The notes beneath the pieces are model-generated. The model ran no database searches, was not told the origin of the DNA, and saw nothing but the letters and a program-made list of their open reading frames with translations. A stretch of 64,000 nucleotides of DNA from Rhizaria sp. SCN 62-66 (Eukaryota). Below, in pieces: positions 1 to 12,000 of this stretch; the stretch's first letter is position 1; every line of letters begins with the position of its first letter. The stretch is from NCBI GenBank assembly GCA_001724265.1, contig MEDY01000044.1:62001-126000 (forward strand), given 5' to 3'. The translations under genes were made by a program, and so were the position numbers.

Positions 1-3000
1 GTGCGGGACCCAGCTCAGGCTGTGGCAAAAGGGGGATACCAGGAGTCGGACGAACAGGAGCAGTTCCAACCCGGTTTAGAGCAGGCGCAGGCGCGTCGTA
101 GCGACGTGCAGTCGGCTGCAATGGCTGAATAAGGCGGCGCGGTATCATGGGGGCAGAGGAGCCGACGCTCGTAGAAGCGGCAACCGTTGCATCAGCTGTG
201 GCCACGAAGTCATTGACAGTATTTACTGCAGGTACAATGCTTGCAGCAAGGACATGGCTGCCTGTGGTTGCACCGGATGCAGCTGCAGCGGTCCACGGCA
301 GAACACGCGCCGCATGAGCCAGGGCAGTTGTCGAACTCAAGTGAGGACGCAGCGTCGAGACCAGGTCCGAGTCAGCAGACTGCAGGGTCGCAGTTGGTGT
401 AAGGCATGAGAGCGACCGGTACCCGACAATAGGATCAGCGATAGAAGCCAGCTTGGTCCGCAAAACAGCAGCAAAGTCTGGCGAAATAGCGTGAGGTGAC
501 AGCATCAATGGCATCACTGCCGTTTCGTACTCGCCACCAAAGCGCGCGCTGAGGTCCGGCGCCCAGAGAGCAGGCATGAGTGTCGGCTCCAGCACAGCAC
601 TCGGCACAAAGCCGAGTCCAACAGGACTATTGGTCAACACCGCTGTCAGCACAGCCTTCGCAGAGTAACCTGGAGCGGCCGTACGAGAATCGGGATTAAC
701 ACAGAGACTCGCGCGCGCAGGGTCAGTAAATGCTGCCTTAAGTAGCAGTTCGCTCAAAGGGGACAGCACGGCGTTGACCGGTGCAGACGAGCGGCACTCC
801 GGCGCAGATGTTGAAGATGCAGCCGATGCAGCGGCGACCGCAGCGGCCGCAAGTCCGGCAGCGTTCATATGCGAGGGCACACCAGAAGCGTCGGGGTCAG
901 CATCGAGTGAGGATACCACTGTGTTGTAAGATGTGTCTTTGTTGGCCTTCTCACGCGCCGACTGCACCACCGCAGAGGGGCGCGTACGTGGCGGAACAAG
1001 GGACTGCGCCCAGCGAGTTTGCACAGCGAGCGCAAGCGATTCCAACGACGGGAACGGAAAGCGACGCAGCTCATCAAGTCCATCGCGAGCCGTGTTCTCT
1101 GCAGCTGGATGAAGCCTGTGTGCAGCCTCGGCAGCAACAACACGTGTGAGTGTAATGACAGCAGGTGCAGTTAGAGATCGTGGCAGCAGAAGCAGGAAAC
1201 GCGTGACAAGATCATCGATTGAAGCAGTCATGTTGTCCTCGGCAGCAACCAGTGCCATCATCACAGTGGTACGTGTCTCGCGCGGTTGCGACTGCTGCTC
1301 TAGTTGCCGTTGTTGGTCGGAAGAAAAGTGGCCACGCGGAGTCTGGCTATCCATGGCGTTGCCGCGGCCGACGTTGGCATAGTCAGTCGCGTACCCCAGC
1401 GGGTTAGCCGCAGCAGCATCCACAGCGCCGTGCTGCTGCACAAGAAGGGACGAGTCTGCCGGGAATGCTGCGCGAGGGCGCAGAACGCGTGGCGCAGCAG
1501 GCACAGCCGTACGCTCAAGCTGGGCAAGCCTATCAAACAAATGATGGATTGTCATCTCAGCCTCAGTCAGCAGCGACATCGGGGGAAGCAATCCCACGAC
1601 TATGAGTTGATACATCAACTGTGAAAGACGACGCCACGCACCGGCGGTGACTGTGGCACGCGAGACGGTCACGGTCGAAGGAACGCCAAGCGCGGGAACG
1701 AGAGAAAGAGGGGCGAAGACACAGTCAGGGGCAACAGTGTTGGCGTAAGCCGCAAGTCGAGAGTCATTAGACAAGAAGGCGGTTTGCGAGGCAAGTGGCT
1801 CGAAGATGTCTGCTGAAAGACAGCTGTCTCTACCGCGTCCCCAGAGACTCTCAATCGAGCTTTCCTCTGTGATGTTCTGCACAGAGCCGCCCTCAGTGAG
1901 CCGCGAGATCTGTCTGTACCACAGCCCAGTCGGAGGCTTCTCTTTACGCGGAGCCGCCAACAGCGCTGGCAAAGTAAGCGTCTGCTTCGTGACCGCAAGA
2001 CTACGAGCGAGATCGACCGGTGATGCAAACGACGTGCCCGTCGCAATCAGCGCGTCGCACAGCGTAGTGAGTGTGAGCACGCAGTAGTCAACGGCAGAGA
2101 GCAGAATCGTTACTTCCTCATCGGAAAGCGGCATCGGCTGAGTCATCAGTAACCCATGGGCACCGCAGTCACGGCACCGCAGCGGAGCATCCTTAGGACA
2201 AAGACAAGCGCGACGCATCCCCAATACAGCAGCAAGGTAGGCACGCGCGTGCTCGGCGGCGTGAAGCTTGTAGTCAACCGTGAGAGTCAGCGCAAGCGGA
2301 GACAGCAGCCGGCGCGCAAGCACCGCCACACCAGCGATGGCTGGTGTACTGACGACACCATTAACAGAATCAGTACGATCAGCTTTGTCAATATCAGCGT
2401 CACGTTCAGCAGGCGGTAAGGCAAAGCGTGCGGTCGCAACGCGGCGGGGACGTGCAAGTGCGTTGAGCATGACGGGTGACACCCACAGTGTCGTCGACCG
2501 CGGCAGAACACCGCCGCTAAACGGCGGAGACTTTGTTAGTGGGCGGGCGAGCACAGGCCAGCTCAAGCATGCAGATGCGTGAGTAGACGCCGTGGCAATC
2601 GCGTCAAGCACAGGACCGCTCTGCGCGGGAACGCCGGGCTGAGGGGCGTCGCCGAGCGCCAGCAGGCGCGGTTCAAGTGCGTAGACGATCGTACTGTAGT
2701 GCCGCGCGAGCGTCGCTGGAGGTTTGATTTCAGGCATAAGCTCCATGCAGCGCTGTGCGTGAGCGGATATGGGATATCGGCTTGACGCCGGGCGCGCCGC
2801 CCATCCCACAGTCACAACCGTGCCAGTCCTCGTGGTGTGCTGTGTGATCGCAGCAAGACCGCCGCCAGCAAGCGAGGTTGCGGCTTCAAGCAGCAACGGC
2901 AGCGCAGAAGGTGCAACGCCGGCCGCCGCGGGAAGGACGTCACTCACCTGGCGCTGATTGCGCGGGAGCGAGCTCGTCACACGCAGCGAACTTGCGGCGG

Positions 3001-6000
3001 CGACAGCAGCAGCAACGAGCGTGTCCCTAATCGAGACAGTTCCCTCAACAGTCGACGTTGGCGTCACAAGCGCGCGTGACATCGCGACCGCAAAAGCACC
3101 GATGGTGTAACGCGCCGGAACCTGTCTAGCGGCAGCAGCGGCCCTGCCACGAGCGGGCTGAATCATGGGAGCAGGAAACGCCAAAGGTGACTGTAAGGCG
3201 TCGCCACTGAGTGCATGATCGGGGGACGTCACGTCCGTGGTCAGCGCTGCGGAGAGAGAAAGCAGGCCAGCAACAGCGTCGCAGGCACACTGAGCAAGAC
3301 TCACGCGGCGAGGAGCCTGGGTGCGGGTTGATGCAAGCGCGAGGGCGGGGACAACTGATAGCAAGCGTGGGACGGAGAAGCCCGCAGCAGCTGCGATCGT
3401 GTCAATGCTGGTGAGAGAAAAGGGGAACATAGAGGCTGCGTGTGCGAGCGGGCAAGGGCGTGGGCAGTCAACGGCGATGGATGACCGGAACAGATGGCTA
3501 ATATCGGCAAGAGCTGGTGCTGATGCAGCCAGAACGAGACTATCACTCAGTGCTGTGCTAGATTCAGTTGCAAGTGGCATCGCGCCATCCCACGAGGCAC
3601 CTGCAGATGCTACAGCAGCAATAGCAGTCGTGACAACGGCGTTCGTCGTGTCAGAGAAACGCGGAACAAGGGATGAAAACAGTGACGCGAGTGCGTGTGA
3701 CTCTTCGTCGTTCCCACTGCCACGTGCGGCCGCAACTGCAGCAGTCGCTGCAGCGTCGGGCGCAAGCGCTACCGCAGCAACAGCGCGCCACACAGCGGGG
3801 ATATCGTTGAATGCGCCAGACACGTTTGTCGGCCAGTATAAAGTCTCGAGGAAACCCTTGTACTTAACGCCTGCAGTGACAGCAGCGGTGCTTGAGCACG
3901 ATACCGCCGCAACCGGATTAGCCAGCATGTGTGCGGCACCTTCCGCAGCGTCAGCGGCTTCTGCTGCGGCAGCCGCGGCGGCCAAAGCGCTCGCGTGCAC
4001 GGCGCCCGGGGCGTTCGCGGCGACCGCGCCAGTGGGAAGATCGTCTAAGCCGGCAGCACGGCGCGCCGCAGTGGCGCGCGCGGCACCCGCAGTGGGCGCA
4101 TGCAGCGGGGGCAGGTACGGGCGCGCACGCGCCAGCACTTCGCTGCAGTCGCCGATCGCGTCAATCAACGCCGCGGTCGAGTCGGCACCCGACGCTGTGG
4201 AGGCTGTTGTCGCAGTCGTCGCACCTGCGCGGTTGGCAGCAGCGCTGATCGCAGAGATTGGCAGAGCTGCGACTGACGAAGGTGCAGCGTATATCGCAGG
4301 GTCGGCGATGACGAGAGCCGTGGTGCCAGCGTCGGTGAGAGCATGCAGAGCGTAGGCGGAGGCAAGAGCAGGAGCCAACGAAGGAGTGACATGCGCGGCA
4401 AGAAGGAAGCCAGCGCGTAAAGCGTGGTCACGACTGTACGATGTCGGCTGGGTTGCAGACAGTGCAGCAACGGCGGATGCAGACTGAGCCGAGGTCGCAG
4501 TCGTGGCCATGCCAACATCGTATGAGGGCGCAGTAGTTGACGCAAGTAAATACGCAACAAACGCGCCAAGAGCGTCTTTCTGGCCGCACGTTGCAACCTC
4601 ATCAGCGCCAAAGGGCTGGTCAGGAGTCATAGTGGACGCGGAGACCGGGGCGCGGACAGTCGCGGTGGCCACAGCCGCAGCCAGCAGCAACGCAGCAGGA
4701 ACAGGCACGGGGCCCGCAAATGATCCTGCAGCCAGCCGCCGGCGGAGAGCAAGACCAGGGGACAACGCAGTCACTTGATGTTGCTGTTGGCCATTATTCT
4801 GGTTATTACCGCCGCCATGCTTGCTCTTGCGCGGGGTTGCATCATAGCGCTGCGACGCGGCACCGCGACCACTTGCGGGGGCGTTAGTGGGGCGTGATTG
4901 TTGTGAGCGCGTTTGCGAGCGGAAGAGCGCCGTGACGCGCAACGCGTGGACGAGGGACCGCAGAGTCGGCACGGGCGCCGGCAACGCAGCTGCAGAGGCA
5001 GACATCGCCACATGAGCCGCAACGACAGCGCTCGCCGCCTTGAACAGCGGCGTCAGCATCGCGCGCGCTGCGTCCGATAGACTCATCGGGCCGCCTGGCG
5101 TCGGCGCCGCGCGAAGTGTCGGAGAGCTCGGGAGCAATGGCGGGGAGCCTCCCTTAGAACTAGCAGCTGCAGTCATCGCAGGCGATGCGCCAGACGTGGC
5201 GGAGACTAGCGAGAGCGCAGTGAGCTTCATTGCGGAAGAGTCATCTGGAGCCGAGCGGTGCGAGCGCGGGGTGCTGAATCCAGCAGTATTCTTGTCACCG
5301 CGAGATGTGTTATTGCCATAACCATCCTCATTATCACTTTCAGAAGAGTTCTCGTCATCGAACGCGTGCGGCGCAGTGCCATTGGGCAAGCTCGCCTCGT
5401 TGTATGCACTGTCAGCGTCGCGCAGCGCCTCCAACCGCCACAAAGGCGCAACGTGTGGGCTCTGGAGCATGACGCGCGCAAACTCGGTGCGGACGCCCAT
5501 AGCCCACGCTTCGTCAAGCAAGCGCAAGCGAGTGGTCGTGAAGGTCCGCGCGCTGTGTGCGAGCGCCCCGGCAAGCGCGGGCAGCGACGAAAAACGCGGC
5601 GGTTCGGGTGCAGATGCTAGCTTCAGCAAGAACGGAACTGCGCGCGTAATAGCGCCAGTGCCGATCACGAGAGCGCGGATATGCAGCGAGTTGACCGTGA
5701 GCCAGTCAGCAACCAGCGGGGGTGAGAACACAGTCATCAGCGCGCCGGCCGGGTCGCCGCGTGGGTTCACCAGCACTGAGCCGGCGCCAGAGCCGTCAGC
5801 CGCAGCGAGCTCAGCCTCAACGTTACGCCGCCCCAGTGGTGCTTGCGCGGCGCCACTGCGCATAGCTTGTGCGGCGGCTGCGGCGGAAGCGGTGGCAGAC
5901 ACAGGCCCGGTGCGAGTGCAACCGTGAGGACGACCGAAGTGGCGAAACAGCGCCAACAGCTCTCCCTCCTGGGCGGAAACAAGCGCGTGCAGGGAGCGAA

Positions 6001-9000
6001 CACGCGAGAACAGCTCAGCGGGCGACACGACAAGTGGTTCAGGCGGGGTCAACGCGGAAATGTTGCGCGGGAGCACACCGCCGCCCAGTGCAAGCGCCGC
6101 GGCGTACGCGCGTGCACTTGCGATCGCGGCAGAGGACAGGGCAAAGGGGTCTATCAAGCGTGCAGGAAGTGTGCGAGCAGCCCATGACCCGCTGGTGGTT
6201 GCAACAGGCACAGGGGGAGAAGGCAACGAGAACAAGATCTGGCGAGGTGTCGGTGCGCGGATCAAGTCTTGCATCTTCGCGATGCCTGAAAACGGAGTTG
6301 AAGCCGCGGGCCCGGTCGTCGCGCGGGGCGCTGCAAGCCCTCCATCGCGGGATGGCACAATGCCAGCAGCGGCACTGAAGCCATCATCAGAGTCTGAATC
6401 GGTCGCGAGCTCGGCCTCAGACCGCGGGCCGTGCGGGTCGGCCGGCGTGTAACTGCGCTGCGCGGTGCGCGAGATGGCGCGCTGCGACAGACGCACGCGG
6501 TCCGGGGACGCGGGGGTTGCAGAGTTGGCATTGTTGCGCAGCGGGGCACTTAGCACAGACGTGGCCGCAGCCGAAGCTGTCAAAGTGGCGCGCGCCCCAG
6601 CGCCCTTGGACCCGCGGAGAGAAATCTCCTTCATGATGTTCTTGAACGAGTCAGCGCCGTCTGTTGCGCGCCGACTTCCGGCGTTGCGCGAGTTGGCCCT
6701 TTGCTGCAATGCAGTAGTGGCCGAGCCCGCGCCACCCACGTGGTTCTGACTGCTAGCAGTGATCAAGCCTTGACGCACACGTGAAGGCGCGTTGGCAGCG
6801 GCCGCGAGATCCACCGGCCCCGCATTGATTGCTTTGTCTGCCTCAACGCGCGTCCAGTGCAGCAAGTGTGCGGCGACTTCGGCAGCCCACCGCGCGCGCA
6901 GCTCCGACGCGAGAGCGTCGAGGTACACGGCAGCGATCGAGTCGGCCTCCCACTGAGCGCCGGGGCTCGGGGACACGCCGCCGAGCAGGCGCAGCAGAGT
7001 CTCAGCGACGGCCTCGCCAACGGTGCCGCCGGCAGGAGGACCGGGGGGCACGCCGGAGGACGGCGGGGCGGCGGGCATTGCAGGGGCAGGCAACGGCGCT
7101 GTTTCTGACGAACTGGTAGATGAGTCAGAAACGGCAGAGCGCAGTGGCGCAAAGAGCCAGGGGCCAGCAAGCGTGTCGCTGTGCGACAGCAATGCACCGG
7201 TAATAGCCACGCGTGCAGTGCCGTTGCGCACGCCGGCGGATGTTGAGGGGACCTGGCTGGGGTCCTTGGTGATGCACGCGACGCGGGCCTCGCGGCGACG
7301 GCGCAAGCGCGCAGTGAACGCGAGGTGTGCGCGGGAGACGGCGAAGATGATATCGTCGAAGTCCCTGAAACGCACCGCGGCACGCGTTGGGAGTGAGGTC
7401 ACGTTGCGCGGTGGAGATCCGAGAGCGGTCCCGGCAGTGAACCGCGCACACTGCGATGACTGGGGGAACGAGCCCGAGGACGTAATAGGCATCGATGACG
7501 ACGACGGCGCGGAAGAAAAGGATGATGCTGACGTGGGCGCAGGCGTGCCGGGACCGGGAGTCACCGTCCGCATCGCTGCAGGGCCACACAGCGGCTCCGC
7601 GGGGACAGGGGAGTAGACGAGGGTCAGATGAGACTGTGTGGGCATCCACGGCAGCGCGGCACCGGGGCCAGTGGTCTCTGCCGCGGTAGCCAGCCCACCC
7701 GAAAGCGCGGGGATAAGCAACGGGTGTGCGACGGCGAACGGGACGGCCATAGGCGCCTTGGCGTTCTCGGGCACGGGCAGCGAGGCCAGCCTCGTGTCGA
7801 CAACAGCAAGACCCGCGACGTCGCCGTAGAGGAACGCGAGTAGGTAGAGCAGCGCCATTGGGCCGGCACCGGTCATGAAGTACAGCTTGACCATATCCTC
7901 CGTCGGGACAGCGACGAACTGCGAGTAGCCGTAGAGAGGCGCGCCGGATGCGGACCCGAGCGCGGAGCGGCGGTTGCGCGCAGTGCCGCCGGAGCCGGCC
8001 GGAGTGCGCCGGAACAGCTGCTGGCCGAGCGAGCTGGTGCCGAAGAATGCCACGAGCTCTGTCAGCGCTGCGGGCGCCACTAACCGCGCCTCGGCAGCCA
8101 CGTATGACGTGAGGCGCTGCAGTGAAGCAGCGCGGACACCGACAATATCCAGTGTCTCCAGGTGGAAACGCACGGCGGCCTTAAACGAGGACGCAGCAAT
8201 CGCAGCGGCGACGGCGATGCGCACGGACACGGCCGCAGCGGCTGCAGGGGGAAGCGCGGCTCTCGAAGCAGCGTCCGGCAGGGTCGGTGTGGACTCTGCA
8301 GCCGAGAGCAGAGCCGTGATTTCGGCATGTGCAACGGTCGCGCCCGATGACGCAGCCGAGGCACTGTTCGAGCTCGAGCCGCTGCGGCGAGAGCGCTGAA
8401 GCTGCAAGAAGCACGTCGGAGTTGACAACACTTCGACAACGCTCGTGCGCGCGTCTTCACAGTCAAGCCACGCCTGCGCAGCCTCAAACGCAAGCGCGAG
8501 CGCAGTGACCGTGCGGTACTGCTGCGTCGGCGCCTCGACGTGGGCCATGGCGCTGCTCGCGCCCAAGCTGGACCGGAGCGAGCTGCGGGAACCGGGCCGC
8601 GAGCCCCAGCCCGAGGCGGGGTTCGGAGACGACGAGCGGTGGTCGCCGCGGCGCGCACGCTGCGTCAATGCGAGCACGGTCTTCTGCGCGCGGGAAAGGC
8701 TGTACACGCCGTGGCTCGGCGCGGAGCTGTCTTCGCCGGCGTTAGCAGCGGCGGCGGCAGCTGCAGCGATCGTGACGACGACATCCTTAACCGCGGGGTC
8801 GGCATGCGCGGCCGTGGGCGTCGCCGCGGACAGCAGCCGCAGCAGGTCGTTCGGCGTGAGGGTGAGCACGACCACTGCGGTCTCGCCCTCAGTGCGCGGA
8901 CGCATGGTTAGCGCGCGCACAGCGGCGTCGGCCGCAGCAGCAGCAAGGACAGTTGCCGGCGTGGCGGCGTCCTGCGCTGCACTGCGCTTCGTACTTGTCG

Positions 9001-12000
9001 TCGGGCCGCCTTGAGACGCCAGCGCGAGCTCTTCCGCGGCGGCCGGGGTGAACACCGTGCAGCCGTTGGGGGCAACAAACACTCCAGACGCGGGCGCTGC
9101 AGCGGCAGCAAGGCGGCGGCGGCGCGGTGACAAGGCGGGCACGACAATGGACGTATCAGGAAGAGTAACAACGTATCCTGCCTCTGTGACAGCGGGGAAA
9201 TCGGCCGGGAGCGCAGCAACGGCAGTACGGGCGCGCTGAGCGTCGGTGTGACGGACGTGAGACGCGTTGTCGTTGTCGTCGTCGTCGTCACCGCTCGCAA
9301 CAGTTTTACGGACATTGCGCTTTGACGCAGAGTCAACAGTCTTGCTGCGGCCAACATGAGCCCAAATCTCGGCGTCAGCCTCGGCATGAGCATCGTCTCT
9401 GTCCTCATCGTCATCGTCCTCGTTAGCATCATTAGCATCCTCGTTATCGTCGTCGTTGTCGAAAGCAGGGCACGCAAGAACAACACGCGGCGCCGCCCTC
9501 AGCAGCGGGCACTGCGGGCTCGCAATCGCGCGGTACAGCGTGCGCGCGTCGCGGTAGAAGCGCGCATGCACGGCTTCCTGCCGCTCGCGCAGCCGCAGCA
9601 GCGCGGCCGCAAACGCCGCGAACGACGGACACAGCACCAGCACGGGCCCAGGCGCCGCGCCGGCGGGGGGCGCTGCGGGGAGACCGTGCGCGGTCACCGG
9701 CGCAGGGGCGAGGCACGCCGAGGGCGTGAAGTCGCTCCAGTGCGCGCGCAGCGGCAGCACGACGCAGTCGGCATCAGCGCTGCTCGCGCCTGCTGCGGAG
9801 TTGCGTGCGGCAGTCGCGCCGGGCGCGGGGGCCGACGCCGAGGCTGGCGCGCCGGTCGCGACTGCGAGCAGCTCCTCAGTGAGCGCGCGCGCGCCAGCGA
9901 CGCCGCCGGCGCGCGTCAACAGCGCGTCAATCTGGGACGCAACCGCGGTGATTTCGGTGCCCGGCGGCAGCAGCGACACGCTAGTGGGCGCACCGCACAC
10001 CAGAGGCCCCGCAACCACGCCCGCGGCGGCGCTCGCAGCGTCACCGCCGTTGGCAGCGGCAGCGGCGGCGGCGGCGGCGGCACCGCCGGAGCTGGGCTGC
10101 GGTGTGTAGAGTGGCAGCGTGAGCGCGAGCGGGACGCGGATCGCGCGCGGGGCGACGGTGCTGAGGTACATCAGCAGTGCAGTGCGCACGCGGTCCGGGT
10201 GCACCATCACGCGCGCGTTTACGCCGCCGTCGCTGGCATCGCCAGGAGCAGTCGGATAAGACCCCTTGGTGGCAGATGCTACAGACGGCGTGGTCGCAGT
10301 GGACGTGGCTTGTGATGGCTGCGGGCGCGCGGGGCCAGCAACGGGTTTACTGGCGGTGGGCGCAGTAGCTGACGCAGCAGTAGACTGTAGATCAAGAGCG
10401 GGAACAGCGGGCCTCGGAAGCTCAGCGAGCTCGGGCGACCCTTGATGTTTGCTGCGGGTGCTGGTAGGTTCATAGCTCGGACTGGGGGGATCAACCCGGA
10501 GAGTGACGCGCGCAGTCGGCGGCCAGGCGTCAGCCTCGCTGGAGCCTCCAGTCGCCGCAGCACTGGCAGGCTTGATAGGCGTGCTTTGCCGAGTCGCCAC
10601 GGCGGTTTTGGAGCTCTCCGTGCGGATAGAGTTTCGCTGAACCTTCGCGGCGTCCGCGACAAGCTTGTTTGCAGACTTTGCAATCGCCGCAAGCGCAGCA
10701 GCGCTGTCAGCGCCATTGTTGAACTCCTGCGTGATAACTGGTCCCGTCAGCGCGGTTACGATGGCGCGCAGAGTCGAGATGAGCGGGGCCCAGGACTGCG
10801 CCGCGGCGGCCATCTCGCCGACAGTCATCTCGGAGACTATCACCGTGCTTACGACGGCGGCGACGGCGGCGGAGCCCGCGGGGTGGGTGCAGTGCCACAG
10901 CGCCGCCAGCAGCGGAGCTGCAATGGGCACGGCCGCAAGCGCGGGCGCGGGAAGCGCGGCCAGGAAGCTCGCGTCGGGGCCGGCGACAGCACCGGAGCCA
11001 GCGGGGGTCAGCTGCTGCATCTGCTGCTGATGTGCTGCAATATGGGAGTCGTCTTCATCATTGCTGTGGACAGCGTTGGCGCTGACGCTCACAACTGGAG
11101 CCAGCGCGGCGCCGGCGGCCGCGAGCGCGCGCACGTCCGCGCGGCGCAGCGGCACGGGCCGCGACAGCGCGGCGGCGACGGGGGCAAAATTGGCCGAGGT
11201 CATGTACGCGGCGAGCACGGCGGTGAAGGCGGGGCCGGCCTCGGGGAGCGCCGCGCCAGCGCCGTCGGTGTCGGCGGACGACGACGGCACCGAGGCCGTC
11301 GCAGTGGCGGCCGCGGTCGCCGGGGCAGGGGCAGGGGCAGGGGCAGGGGCGGGGCGTGTCGGGTGCAGCGGAGGCAGCACAGCAGCAGGCTGCTGTTGCT
11401 GTGCACCTGCGCTCGATTTGCGCTGCAATAGGGATCCGCTGGAGACGGAGCCAGAAAGCACTGAACGTCCCTCGGACTCAGTTGCCACCTCTGCGCTCGC
11501 GTTCGCGCTCGCCGGAGCGTGCTGACTGGAGACAGCGGCACCGGTCGTCGGAGTGCTGCGACGTGGAAACAGCTGGGGAAGAGATAGCTCATTGCTCTGC
11601 TGCGGCTGCGGCTGCTGCTGTTGCTGCTGCTGAGGCTGTTGCGGCTGCTGTTGCTGTTGCTGCGGCTGCGACTGCGCAGGCGTGAGCGACTGCGACTGCG
11701 AGCGCGCATGTGTCTGCTGCTGCTGCGGAGGTGCAAGTCCCACGAACTGGCTCTGCACCGCGCTGCCCGACCGGCCGTGCGCGGGAATGTCAGAGCGTAT
11801 GTCAGAGCGGACTGGGCCCTGCACGGGCGTGACAGCGAGCTCCGTGACGGCCCGCGGCGTCACTGCGAGCCCGGTCGGGTCGCCGGCGATGGTGACGGTA
11901 GCAGCGCCGTGGTCGCCGGCAGCAGCGCCCGCCTGTGACCGCGACTGCGAATGCGTGTGTGACAGCGGGATCGTCGGTGTCCGCGTGTGCGAGCCCTCGG